A stretch of DNA of 29,925 bases, from positions 1 to 29,925 of the IMG/VR virus record IMGVR_UViG_3300017912_003285, one strand, 5' to 3'. This DNA is from a virus (taxonomy: Duplodnaviria; Caudoviricetes). Position 1 is the stretch's first letter. Each line of letters starts with the position of its first letter. Position numbers and translations under genes: made by a program. Shown here piece by piece: positions 7,436 through 16,512 of this stretch. Below the pieces are notes generated by a model. That model saw nothing but the letters and a program-made list of their open reading frames with translations, was not told the DNA's origin and made no database searches.

Positions 7436-9736
7436 ATGAGTTATGGTGTAAAATATAGACTTAACTTCAGTGACGAGTCTGGAGTCCCAAAAAAATTAGA
7501 AATATTAAAAAAAAATTATTCAGGCTCGGTCATTTCAATGGTTGGCAGTGGTGAACCAGTAGTTATAAAATGGACTGCAAACGATGACCAATATTCACCG
7601 ATTATTGGTTCATCATGTGACATCACATTAATAGAAACACCAACAGTAAATTATGACGAGTTTTTTGATGGCGATGAAAGAGAGTATTTGGTAAAAGTTT
7701 TTTATCAGTATGCAAATGCTGGAACTGCAATTTGGAACACAACACAAATTAATTGGAATGATGCAGATTTTAATTGGAATGAGACAAGTGTTGTTGAACA
7801 GCCTTACTGGTCAGGATTTATTGTCAACGACAATTACCAACAAGTCGTCAAAACACAACCTTTTGAAATCAAACTAAAGGCATTTGATGGCCTTGGTCTT
7901 TTAGATGCTTACGACATGGCCTTGCCAACAACTGATGCTGTCAGCGATGCACAAAACATTTTCTATTATGTTTACACTATCTTGCAAAATACAGGTCTTT
8001 CATTTCCGATTTATTATTCTAATGATATTAGTTTTGCTGGTGCAAATTTCACGATTGTAAATAATGATTCAAATACAATCAATGCCAAATACATTGATTA
8101 TACAACAGACAGAGAAGTCTCCACACAAATTAGCTCAGGGGCAACTTCAGTGATTAACAATGTTGTAAAACCAACACTTAAAATAAGTGGGGCAAGTGAC
8201 ATCAGTAATGTGACACAAACAGAGTCAGGAACATTGCCATCATATAGAGCATTAGAGCATGTTTTCCCTGATGTTGAAAATTTATATAAGCCAGGCGAAT
8301 TGTTTAACAATGCAAAAAAACAATTAGAAAATATATTAAAATCAATAAATGCAAGAATATTCCAATCAAGAAATCGTTGGTATATCATATCAAATTCAAG
8401 TTATTCTGCTCAAGCAGAAAAAGATTCAATCGCAACAAGTGCATCTGGTGGCACAATACCAGCGAACATAAGAGCCACACAACAACAAGCCTTGGAGACT
8501 AGTGATGTTGAGCAAATACAATTCATAACTTTTTCAGAACAAGGTGTTTTTTCTGGTGTTGTGTTGACAAACATACTGTATTTAGTAGAGACAGATTTAC
8601 AAAACATTGGTAGTGATTTAGTAAAAATACAAGACAAACCAGTCAAAACAGTAAATCTAAAAATGAATACCGAAAATGAAAATAGAATAATTTTTTCACC
8701 AAATAACAGTTTTGAGTTTACGAATGGCTTTGGATACACTTTGACAAATGATGCATCAACAACAGTTACAATGGGCACAAATTCAATAGTAAAAACCGGT
8801 AATAAATCAGTAAAAGCATCAGCAACCTCATACAATCAGGCAAACAGTATCACAGGAACTTATTTTGAAAACTCAATCAATTTGCATCAAGCAGTCTCTA
8901 ACAATGTCATGCCCAATAAACTAAGATTTTCTCTTTATTTGGATGTGGCCGATGATTTTTCTATTGATGCTGACGACCCACAAAATCAATCCAATGTTTT
9001 TGGTACTGATTTAAAATTTATCATTAGTTATCAATTTAAATTTACAGTTGGTTCTCACACTTATTTTTATAGAGAATCAGACAACACTTATGTTAAAAAT
9101 GCCACAGTCAATAATCAACTTACTTTTTTTAAAGATGACATCAATAAATGGATTACACATGAAGTCAGCAATATACCAGTTGATGATGCCTCTGATAACA
9201 ACGATGCAAATACCAACACAACAATGATTTTACAAATGTCAAAATTATCAAGCAACATTGAAGATGGATTTAATGGGATTTATTTTGACGATGTGTATTT
9301 TGCTTTTGAACCATCAAGCCAAAACAATATTGTTTACAATCGTGAGGTGTCTGATTCCTTTACAGGCAAAATTAATTTTGATTTTGATTATACCGGACAC
9401 AATACAGCAAAGGCTTATTTTAGGCCAAGAGACAACAACCCAAGTACTTACAAGCAACTCAATGAAATAACTTCCCAACAAATTTTAAATGACAATCGTT
9501 CTAAAGTTACCAGTTTTGAAGGCACATTTAGGAACAGAAAAAGTGATGGCGACCCAGTTGGATTTGAAAGTAAAGTGTTTGTAACTTTTTCAACACAGGC
9601 ATCACAATTTGCACCAGTATCGGGTATAATTGACCAAATGACTTACAGTGTAAAATCAAATCGTTACAAATTAAAATTTAGGTTACCTAACCAAGACAAC
9701 GACAAAACCAACACCCTGACAATCAAAGAAGATTAA
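7436..9736 (+). CDS. Tail tip / baseplate hub-like structural protein with a possible carbohydrate-binding insertion
   Basis: Follows the tape measure and is beta-rich. W.GFI...L.A.DGLG.L motif; NNSFE...GNKS...IYFDDV is a CBM-like signature. Confidence 0.65.
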   Translation: MSYGVKYRLNFSDESGVPKKLEILKKNYSGSVISMVGSGEPVVIKWTANDDQYSPIIGSSCDITLIETPTVNYDEFFDGDEREYLVKVFYQYANAGTAIWNTTQINWNDADFNWNETSVVEQPYWSGFIVNDNYQQVVKTQPFEIKLKAFDGLGLLDAYDMALPTTDAVSDAQNIFYYVYTILQNTGLSFPIYYSNDISFAGANFTIVNNDSNTINAKYIDYTTDREVSTQISSGATSVINNVVKPTLKISGASDISNVTQTESGTLPSYRALEHVFPDVENLYKPGELFNNAKKQLENILKSINARIFQSRNRWYIISNSSYSAQAEKDSIATSASGGTIPANIRATQQQALETSDVEQIQFITFSEQGVFSGVVLTNILYLVETDLQNIGSDLVKIQDKPVKTVNLKMNTENENRIIFSPNNSFEFTNGFGYTLTNDASTTVTMGTNSIVKTGNKSVKASATSYNQANSITGTYFENSINLHQAVSNNVMPNKLRFSLYLDVADDFSIDADDPQNQSNVFGTDLKFIISYQFKFTVGSHTYFYRESDNTYVKNATVNNQLTFFKDDINKWITHEVSNIPVDDASDNNDANTNTTMILQMSKLSSNIEDGFNGIYFDDVYFAFEPSSQNNIVYNREVSDSFTGKINFDFDYTGHNTAKAYFRPRDNNPSTYKQLNEITSQQILNDNRSKVTSFEGTFRNRKSDGDPVGFESKVFVTFSTQASQFAPVSGIIDQMTYSVKSNRYKLKFRLPNQDNDKTNTLTIKED

Positions 9737-9755
9737 AATTTTTTTTTATAAAGTA

Positions 9756-9800
9756 TTTGTTTTTTAAAAAATAATTGTAATATTGTAAAAAATTATAATT
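9756..9800 (+). promoter_or_regulatory. Putative early promoter
   Basis: TTTG (9756), 18 nt, TAATATTG (9778), then TATAATT. Same layout as 16141 and 23243, with one mismatch to TAnnTTTG. Confidence 0.5.
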
Positions 9801-10013
9801 ATGCAAGAAGCGAATTACAGTGCCTTCAAAATATATTTTGGGCACGAAATGAAACGTCTTGGTCTGAATAGAGGTGACATTTGTAAATTACTAGAAATGT
9901 CAAGGCCAACACTAAATTCACGATTATTAGAACCCTCTACATTACAGGTGAAAGAAATAAAAACCTTAAAAGAAAAAGGTTTTATTTTGCCATTAGAACT
10001 ATTAGAAAATTAA
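9801..10013 (+). CDS. Helix-turn-helix DNA-binding protein (Cro/XRE-like)
   Basis: GLNRGDICKLLEMSRPTLNSRL fits an HTH; 70 aa; first gene of the early block. Confidence 0.75.
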   Translation: MQEANYSAFKIYFGHEMKRLGLNRGDICKLLEMSRPTLNSRLLEPSTLQVKEIKTLKEKGFILPLELLEN

Positions 10014-10017
10014 AATA

Positions 10018-10494
10018 ATGAAATTAGAAACTATAAACATCAAGGGCAAAGAATATGTCCCAGTCAATGAAAGACTAAAATATTTTAGAAAAAAATATCC
10101 TTTATTCTCATTAAATACAGAGGTTATTGAAAAGACTGAAAATTCGATATTAATTAAAGCAACAATATCGGATGAATCAGAAAGAATTGTATCATCCGGC
10201 ATCGCTGAAGAATTTAAAAACTCAACATTTATAAATAAAACATCGTATGTTGAGAATTGTGAAACATCTGCATGTGGTCGTGCTTTAGCAAATTTTGGTA
10301 TTGGTTTAGATACATCAATATCGTCTGCTGAAGAAGTTACAAATGCAATTAATAATCAATCAAAAACAATGTTGACTGATTATCAATTTAATGCAGTTTT
10401 GGAAGGCACAAAAACTCAAGCAAAGACAGTCTTAAAAAAATGGGATGCAACACCAGAACAGTTGCGAAAAATTAAAGATAAATTTAATATATAA
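10018..10494 (+). CDS. Putative single-strand annealing protein (Rad52/Sak-like)
   Basis: KGKEYVPVNERL and VENCETSACGRALANFGIG motifs; context with SSB-like gene and exonuclease. Confidence 0.65.
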   Translation: MKLETINIKGKEYVPVNERLKYFRKKYPLFSLNTEVIEKTENSILIKATISDESERIVSSGIAEEFKNSTFINKTSYVENCETSACGRALANFGIGLDTSISSAEEVTNAINNQSKTMLTDYQFNAVLEGTKTQAKTVLKKWDATPEQLRKIKDKFNI

Positions 10495-10496
10495 AA

Positions 10497-10769
10497 ATGA
10501 GTGAAATAAATACAAACAATCAAAAGATTTATGTCGGTAGTGGCAAAATCATCAATGGCCAATATGGTGCATTTAGAAATATTACTTTGAAATTGGATGA
10601 TTTAAAACCATACATTTACAAGTATAATGGTAAAAATTTAATTAACCTCACAGTTAATGATAAAAGAGAAACAGACCAGTTTGGAAAAAATGTTTCTGTA
10701 ACTATCAATGATTTTAAGCCAGACGAAAAAGTCACAAAAGTAAACGAAACTGACGACTTGCCCTTTTAA
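10497..10769 (+). CDS. SSB-like single-stranded DNA-binding protein
   Basis: Small and beta-rich, with an acidic C-terminal DDLPF tail; follows the SSAP. Confidence 0.65.
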   Translation: MSEINTNNQKIYVGSGKIINGQYGAFRNITLKLDDLKPYIYKYNGKNLINLTVNDKRETDQFGKNVSVTINDFKPDEKVTKVNETDDLPF

Positions 10770-10780
10770 ATTTAATACAT

Positions 10781-10811
10781 AAGGCACAGATAAACACTGT
10801 GCCTTTTTTTT
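10781..10811 (+). terminator. Intrinsic terminator
   Basis: AAGGCACAG-ataaaca-CTGTGCCTT followed by a T-run. Confidence 0.8.
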
Positions 10812-10814
10812 ATT

Positions 10815-11003
10815 ATGTCACTAAATATCAAAAGAACTACAAAACATATTTCATCTGCTCAACAAGACAGAGAAAGAGAATTGTATTATATGGTCAAATA
10901 TCTAAGAAAACAATTAAAGAAAAAGACAAAAGAACTTAAGGACAAGGAAATAATAATAAGATTATTAAAAGCAAAAAACAAAGTATTGGATGAAAAAATA
11001 TAG
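10815..11003 (+). CDS. Small basic coiled-coil hypothetical protein
   Basis: ORF overlaps the start of the next gene; heptad pattern. Confidence 0.6.
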   Translation: MSLNIKRTTKHISSAQQDRERELYYMVKYLRKQLKKKTKELKDKEIIIRLLKAKNKVLDEKI

Positions 11004-11769
11004 TATTACAATCTTAAATTCTTGTTATGACAGCAATGCAGATTATCATTCTAATGAATCAATATCAGCATCAGGGCTTAAAGAAATATCAAAAACCAGT
11101 CCATCTGCATATTTAAATAAACAATGGCAAGAAACAGAGGCCTTAGCAATAGGCACAGCGATTCACACAATAATATTAGAGCCAGAAAAGTTTGCTGATG
11201 AGATATACGTTATGCCAGACTTAAATTTAAGAACAAAAGCAGGAAAAGAAGAAAAACAGGAACACATAAAAAATGCTAAAAACAAAACCATCATTTCTGA
11301 AACCAATTATGAACTGGTGCAAAAAGCAAGGGATGCTTTTGCCAAAAACAAAAAAGCAGTGGATTTGTTAAAAGATGCTGAAATTGAAAAATCATTTTAT
11401 GGTCAAATCAATGGCATTAATGTAAGATGTCGGCCAGATATTTTTGCAAAAGATTTTATTTGTGATTTGAAAAGTTGTCGAAGTATATGGGCCAATGATT
11501 TTCGTCAAAATGCAAAAAACATGAGGTGGTTTTTACAGGCTGTCTTCTACGCTGATTTTTTGTCAATACCAGCAGAAAACTTCCGGTTTATCGGTATATC
11601 AAAAGACAAAAACCCAAAAGTTGAAATATTTGGCTTGACACAAAAACACATTGACTTAGGAAGATGGCAATGGCAAGAGGCATTCGATAGGTGGTCTTTT
11701 TATAAAGAAACCGGTGTATGTCCTGGCGAATATTGGAGCGATTTTAACAATGAAATAAAATTAATATGA
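10990..11769 (+). CDS. RecE/exonuclease VIII-like PD-(D/E)XK nuclease (DUF3799-like)
   Basis: YH....IS.S.LK, GTAIHTIILEP, RCRPD......DLKS and Q..FY motifs. Confidence 0.85.
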   Translation: MKKYSITILNSCYDSNADYHSNESISASGLKEISKTSPSAYLNKQWQETEALAIGTAIHTIILEPEKFADEIYVMPDLNLRTKAGKEEKQEHIKNAKNKTIISETNYELVQKARDAFAKNKKAVDLLKDAEIEKSFYGQINGINVRCRPDIFAKDFICDLKSCRSIWANDFRQNAKNMRWFLQAVFYADFLSIPAENFRFIGISKDKNPKVEIFGLTQKHIDLGRWQWQEAFDRWSFYKETGVCPGEYWSDFNNEIKLI

Positions 11770-12116
11770 CACAAAAAGAAAAAATAATTCGATTGTACTT
11801 GACAGGTAAATACAACAGCAAAACTAAAATTAGTACGTTTTTAAATATAAACAAACGATATGTCGATAGTGTAATAAAAGAATTTAACAAGACGACTACC
11901 ATTAACACAGATTATGGTATATGTCAATCTTTTTCATCGCATACAAAATTTTATTTGTTTAGTTCGTATGGAATCGAAAAAACCTTAATTTTGTTTGACA
12001 AGGGGTTTTATTCAGAGGCTGAATTATCTAATTCTGAAAAAAACTTTATTGAGCAAAACACAGGCTACAAGGTTTATGAAAGCAAAAAATCATTATTACA
12101 ATTATCTGGGGAATGA
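11766..12116 (+). CDS. Hypothetical protein with a possible N-terminal HTH
   Basis: IIRLYLTG...KTKISTFLNINKRYVDSVI resembles an HTH; ATGA overlap with the upstream gene. Confidence 0.5.
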   Translation: MTQKEKIIRLYLTGKYNSKTKISTFLNINKRYVDSVIKEFNKTTTINTDYGICQSFSSHTKFYLFSSYGIEKTLILFDKGFYSEAELSNSEKNFIEQNTGYKVYESKKSLLQLSGE

Positions 12117-12456
12117 AGATAAAATGCAAAATGAATTGATGAATTATATTGATTTGAAGTACCCGAATGCCATTGTCACCCACATACCGAATGAAGGCAA
12201 AAGAACACCTTTTGAACAGTATAAAATAAAAATGCTAGGTACTAAACCAGGTGTTCCAGATGTTATGATATTTACACCATCAGCCCAATACAATGGGTTT
12301 GCCTTGGAGTTGAAATCAGGTTACAATAAGCCAACAGAGAATCAAAAAAGATGGCTGAGTAAATTAAAAGATTGTGGTTGGTATGCTACATGGTCAAAAG
12401 ACTTAGATGATTGCAAAACCAAAATTGATAACTATTTTTCTGATGCACTTGAATAG
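12076..12456 (+). CDS. VRR-NUC domain endonuclease (putative Holliday-junction resolvase)
   Basis: HIPNEG.R, G.KPGVPD, ELK, and PTENQK.W motifs; ATG 12076 is preferred over the track's TTG 11995. Confidence 0.85.
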   Translation: MKAKNHYYNYLGNEDKMQNELMNYIDLKYPNAIVTHIPNEGKRTPFEQYKIKMLGTKPGVPDVMIFTPSAQYNGFALELKSGYNKPTENQKRWLSKLKDCGWYATWSKDLDDCKTKIDNYFSDALE

Positions 12457-12694
12457 AGATATTTATTGGAATGAAAAAACTCAAAGGGTTCGATGGACTT
12501 CAAATTCTAGTTTGGATATGGATTTCAAATATATTGGCCCTTCAACACAAACTGAATTAGAATTATTGGTAGAAAAACTTTTTGAAATCTATGAAGATGG
12601 TCATATTTCTTTTGAGACGTTTTTAAAACTGTATAATGATTTTAGAATTTTTTGTGACAACATAACTGTGTTATTGGATGACGAAAATTTATAA
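12443..12694 (+). CDS. Hypothetical protein
   Basis: Overlaps both neighbours; likely start ATG 12443 (MHLNRDIYW). Confidence 0.55.
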   Translation: MHLNRDIYWNEKTQRVRWTSNSSLDMDFKYIGPSTQTELELLVEKLFEIYEDGHISFETFLKLYNDFRIFCDNITVLLDDENL

Positions 12695-13568
12695 ACCACC
12701 AAGTTTTGATAGTCAGATTGTTGTGCCAAAAGAAATATTTGGTCACAACTTGTCTTTTTCTTCAGTCGGTTTTTATTGCTGGTTGTTTTCCCAAAAAGCC
12801 AATGTGCCAATTACTTTTGAAGTAATCAAAAAAACATTTAATGTGTCAAATCATATCATTAGAAAACAAATAAAAGAATTGGAACAAAATAAATTTTTAT
12901 CAAAAATACAGATTAGAAATGCCGGAAAATTTGGTGGATATAATTATTATATTGCCAATCCGACCATGTTAAAAAAACCGAACCCGGTAAATTTAACCCG
13001 GTCAAAATCCCTTAATAATATTATTAGTAATACTAATAATAATACTAATACTAGTAATATTAATAATAATATAAATAATAATAATAATAGTCGCAAATTT
13101 AAAAATGAAAATTTATTTTTAGAAATACACAAAAACCTTAATCATTTTATGGCACTGTTTCCAAAAAAATATTGGCCAACAAGTGAGCAAGAAAAAACTC
13201 AATGGATTGACTGTATTTATAAAGCCATAACGATTGACAAATACAAATTAAAAGAACTGTATATTATTATAAAAAAAATCAGGTCAGACAATTTCTGGTC
13301 AGCAAATTTTTTGACGATTTTAAAAATTAGAAAAAAAAATAAAGATGGCATAAAGTATATTGATTTTTTCAATGAGTTATGCAAATCAAAAAGGCCTGAT
13401 GCTTATTACAAGATTAAAAACTTGGAACGATATTTTGTTTATGATGACAACAACAAAAAGTGTTTGGGTGCTGTGGCAAACAACACAACTTTGATGTCTT
13501 ATAATTTAGAAAGAGTTTTGACAGAAAAAGAAATGAAAGAAATAATGGATTATGTCGAAATTAATTAG
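12678..13568 (+). CDS. Putative replication initiator (N-terminal winged HTH, Asn-rich linker)
   Basis: LSFSSVGFYCWL...IKELEQNKFL pattern, low-complexity linker and C-terminal FWS.N...I.K.R segment, like lambda O/DnaD-type phage initiators; lies upstream of the helicase. Confidence 0.65.
   Translation: MTKIYKPPSFDSQIVVPKEIFGHNLSFSSVGFYCWLFSQKANVPITFEVIKKTFNVSNHIIRKQIKELEQNKFLSKIQIRNAGKFGGYNYYIANPTMLKKPNPVNLTRSKSLNNIISNTNNNTNTSNINNNINNNNNSRKFKNENLFLEIHKNLNHFMALFPKKYWPTSEQEKTQWIDCIYKAITIDKYKLKELYIIIKKIRSDNFWSANFLTILKIRKKNKDGIKYIDFFNELCKSKRPDAYYKIKNLERYFVYDDNNKKCLGAVANNTTLMSYNLERVLTEKEMKEIMDYVEIN
12953..13090. repeat. Candidate replication origin: short GC-rich repeats followed by an ~80-bp AAT/ACT tract
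   Basis: AACCCGGT at 12981 and 12995, related AATCCG/AAACCG/AATCCC words, then (taa/tac)n from about 13012 to 13090. Confidence 0.5.
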
Positions 13569-13941
13569 GGACTCAAACAGGATTAAACAAACCATTGATT
13601 TCAGTGGTTTGCAAAATGGCAAAATGCATCCAAGTGACATTGATGCTGTCTTAGAATATAACAATCAGGCTATCATATTTATTGAATTAAAAAAAATAGG
13701 CAACGAAATACCGACAGGTCAGAGACTGTTGTTAGAAAGACTCACTGATTCATGGCATACACAACAGGCCATTACAATCAAAGTCGTGCATAATTTTATC
13801 AATTATGATGATATACCTATGCACTTATGCAGAGTTGAAAAGGTTTATCATAATAAAAAATGGATTGACCATAATGACAATCTTAGAGAATTTTTGAATA
13901 AATTAGGCAATAAATGGAAAATAGATAAACTTAAATTTTAA
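13552..13941 (+). CDS. PD-(D/E)XK-like nuclease-fold protein
   Basis: PSDID.......IFIELK........GQ pattern. Confidence 0.55.
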   Translation: MSKLIRDSNRIKQTIDFSGLQNGKMHPSDIDAVLEYNNQAIIFIELKKIGNEIPTGQRLLLERLTDSWHTQQAITIKVVHNFINYDDIPMHLCRVEKVYHNKKWIDHNDNLREFLNKLGNKWKIDKLKF

Positions 13942-13944
13942 ACA

Positions 13945-15609
13945 ATGAATTTTACTGAACTAAATATTGACCTGAAGGGCAAAACATCAGGCCAAATAAA
14001 AACCAAATGCCCAAAGTGTCACCACAAAAGAAAAAAGAAAAATGACCCAAGTTTAAGTGTTGATATCGACAAAGGATTGTATAATTGTCATCACTGTGGT
14101 TATAAAGGGTCAATAAAATTTAAAAACAAATCTGAATGGATATTGCCAAAAGAAAACAAAAACAAACTGTCAGACCCCATTATAAAGTGGTTCAAAAGCA
14201 GAAAAATAAATGCCACAACCTTGACTGCTTGGAAAATCACAGAGTCAATCACTTATTTTCCACAAATAGAACAAAGAAAAAAGTCAATCAATTTTAACTA
14301 TTATCGTGATAATAAACTAATCAATGTAAAATACAGGGACAGAGATAAAAATTTTAAACTATCAAAAGGGGCAGAACTAATTTTTTATGGGTTGGATTTT
14401 ATCAAATCATCTGATACTTGTTATATTGTTGAAGGTGAAATTGATGCATTGACACTGTATCAGTGTGGTTTTTTTAATGTTTGTTCTGTTCCAAATGGTG
14501 CGAGTAAAGGAAACACAAAACTCGATTACTTAGATAATTGCTATAAGTATTTTGAAAATAAAAAATCAATCATTATTTGCACAGACAATGACGATGCTGG
14601 TTTGGCACTTAGAAATGAACTAGCAAGGCGATTTGGTGCATATAAATGCAAATATGTCGATTTTAAGGACTGTAAGGATGCAAATGATGTATTGGTATCA
14701 AAAGACAAAGAAACGTTGTTAGAGCTCATTAAATCGCCTAAAAACTTCCCTTTGGATGGTATTGTGAACATTAATGATATTTGGGATGATGTTCTAAACT
14801 ACAACCAAAAGGGCATAAAAACTTATGATATTGGGTTTGAGTGTGGTGAATTATTCAATCTATCACTAGCACAATGGACTGTACTTACTGGCATACCGAA
14901 TCATGGCAAGTCAGATTTCTTAGACCAAATGATGTGTAATTTAGCAGAAAAGCACAATTTCAGATGTGCAATATTTGCACCGGAGTCTTTTCCATACGAG
15001 GGTCATATCAAACGTATTGCCAACAAACTCAATGGCAAAAACTGTGACAACGATATGCTTAATGCTACAAAAGATTTTATTTCTGAACATTTTTATTGGG
15101 TTAAAATAGATTTAAAAAACTTAACACTTGAATCAATCCTAAAAGAGTTTAGACAGTTGGTTTTTCAAAGAGGAATCAATATTTGTGTCATTGACCCTTG
15201 GAATATGTTAGACCACACCACTCAACGAGACTATGGATATATCGGGCACAAATTATCACTACTTACACAATTTGTGCAACAGACAAACACTCATCTTTTT
15301 TTAGTGGCACATCCAAAGAAAATAGAATCAGAGAATGGTCAGTTTCAAAAGGTGGATTTGTATAAAATATCTGGCTCTGCTGACTTTTTTAACAAAACAT
15401 TCAATGGTCTAGTTTGTGAGAGAGTTATTGGTGAGAAAACAGAATATGGCTCAGACCTTGTTAAAATACACATTCAAAAGGTCAAACGTAAAGAGAATGG
15501 GCAATTAGGAACATTTACATTAGCCCCGGACTTTAATTCTGGTGGTGTGTATAAAAATGTTGTGCAAACCAAAATAAGACCTGCTATTAAAAACAATATA
15601 CCTTTCTAA
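13945..15609 (+). CDS. Bifunctional primase-helicase (T7 gp4/Twinkle-like)
   Basis: Zn finger CPKC...CHHC; TOPRIM IVEGEIDAL and DND; Walker A GIPNHGKS; Walker B VIDP; LVAHP. Confidence 0.92.
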   Translation: MNFTELNIDLKGKTSGQIKTKCPKCHHKRKKKNDPSLSVDIDKGLYNCHHCGYKGSIKFKNKSEWILPKENKNKLSDPIIKWFKSRKINATTLTAWKITESITYFPQIEQRKKSINFNYYRDNKLINVKYRDRDKNFKLSKGAELIFYGLDFIKSSDTCYIVEGEIDALTLYQCGFFNVCSVPNGASKGNTKLDYLDNCYKYFENKKSIIICTDNDDAGLALRNELARRFGAYKCKYVDFKDCKDANDVLVSKDKETLLELIKSPKNFPLDGIVNINDIWDDVLNYNQKGIKTYDIGFECGELFNLSLAQWTVLTGIPNHGKSDFLDQMMCNLAEKHNFRCAIFAPESFPYEGHIKRIANKLNGKNCDNDMLNATKDFISEHFYWVKIDLKNLTLESILKEFRQLVFQRGINICVIDPWNMLDHTTQRDYGYIGHKLSLLTQFVQQTNTHLFLVAHPKKIESENGQFQKVDLYKISGSADFFNKTFNGLVCERVIGEKTEYGSDLVKIHIQKVKRKENGQLGTFTLAPDFNSGGVYKNVVQTKIRPAIKNNIPF

Positions 15610-15917
15610 TGAAACAATCAGAATATAAATTGATAAGAAAAAAGCTATTTGAAATGGCAGAAACGATTATGAACGAGAAACAGCCTGAATATACTAACAA
15701 TAACGTTGACATACTAAATAACTTCAAAACAACAGCAGAGGCTCTTAAAATAACCCCTATTGAAGTCTGGGCTGTGTTTTTCCATAAACATACTCAATCA
15801 ATCATGACTCATGCACAAAAAAGCAAAACAAAGATGTCAGAACCTATTGAGTCAAGATATGCTGATTTGATTAACTACATAACATTGGGTCTGGCCATTA
15901 TACAAGATGGGAAATAA
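15609..15917 (+). CDS. Small all-alpha protein resembling nucleotide-modification-associated (Nmad1/DUF1599-like) domains
   Basis: K..EY......NF ... K ... E.I.....DLINY pattern. Confidence 0.45.
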   Translation: MKQSEYKLIRKKLFEMAETIMNEKQPEYTNNNVDILNNFKTTAEALKITPIEVWAVFFHKHTQSIMTHAQKSKTKMSEPIESRYADLINYITLGLAIIQDGK

Positions 15918-16122
15918 ATATTTTGATGCACAGTCTTGGTGCTTAGAACAAGGAATTAAAATTTATATCGTGGCAATGCGAAACAGAAAAGAATGTTTTA
16001 TTGAAGTAAATGACAATGGTAAAATCACCAAATCACCTAAAACCTACAAAAATCAGTCGATAGCATCAGAAAAAATATGGGATTTGTATTTGCATTTATA
16101 TGAGGTAAATAAAAAAAATTAA
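15907..16122 (+). CDS. Hypothetical protein
   Basis: ORF overlaps the upstream gene and ends the replication block. Confidence 0.6.
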   Translation: MGNKYFDAQSWCLEQGIKIYIVAMRNRKECFIEVNDNGKITKSPKTYKNQSIASEKIWDLYLHLYEVNKKN

Positions 16123-16140
16123 AAAAAAACTTTAAAAAAG

Positions 16141-16195
16141 TTTGGTATATTAAAAAAATGTTTTATATTTGGTGTATAATTAAAAAACAAAAAAT
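16141..16195 (+). promoter_or_regulatory. Consensus Bacteroidota primary-sigma promoter with A-rich leader
   Basis: TTTG (16141), 19 nt, TATATTTG (16164); leader GTATAATTAAAAAACAAAAAAT-ATG. Confidence 0.75.
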
Positions 16196-16444
16196 ATGGA
16201 AACAAATTATTTATTAAAAAAAACATTCGCAGAATACTGTATAACTTACAACTGTAATGCGTTTAGTCCTTACAACACTGAAGAAATGGATGAGCTTAAA
16301 AAGTCTGTCAAAAAAGATGCTCAAAGGTATCTTAAGTTTTTGGGAATATATGTTGAGGGTCTTAATGCTGATATTCTTACAGACTACTTTTTTGCCACAG
16401 TAATGCAAAAGGGTATTGATAACGTTGCTAAAAGAGGTCACTAA
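16196..16444 (+). CDS. Moron-like hypothetical protein
   Basis: Has its own promoter and terminator; sits between the replication and packaging modules. Confidence 0.7.
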   Translation: METNYLLKKTFAEYCITYNCNAFSPYNTEEMDELKKSVKKDAQRYLKFLGIYVEGLNADILTDYFFATVMQKGIDNVAKRGH

Positions 16445-16467
16445 GACCATATATATTCTGAGATATT

Positions 16468-16498
16468 AACCCCCTCTAATTGTAGGGGGTTTTTTTTT
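16468..16498 (+). terminator. Intrinsic terminator
   Basis: AACCCCCT-ctaattgt-AGGGGGTT followed by a T-run. Confidence 0.8.
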
Positions 16499-16512
16499 GT
16501 TATTTTTGCAAC

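Noticed and set aside
9801-10013. HTH as the repressor of a lysogeny switch
   Set aside because: No divergent gene pair, integrase, partition genes or peptidase domain is visible, so a temperate lifestyle is unsupported.
13012-13090. AAT tract as an assembly artefact or simple microsatellite
   Set aside because: It is imperfect, keeps the reading frame and lies in the initiator linker; retained as an ori candidate instead.
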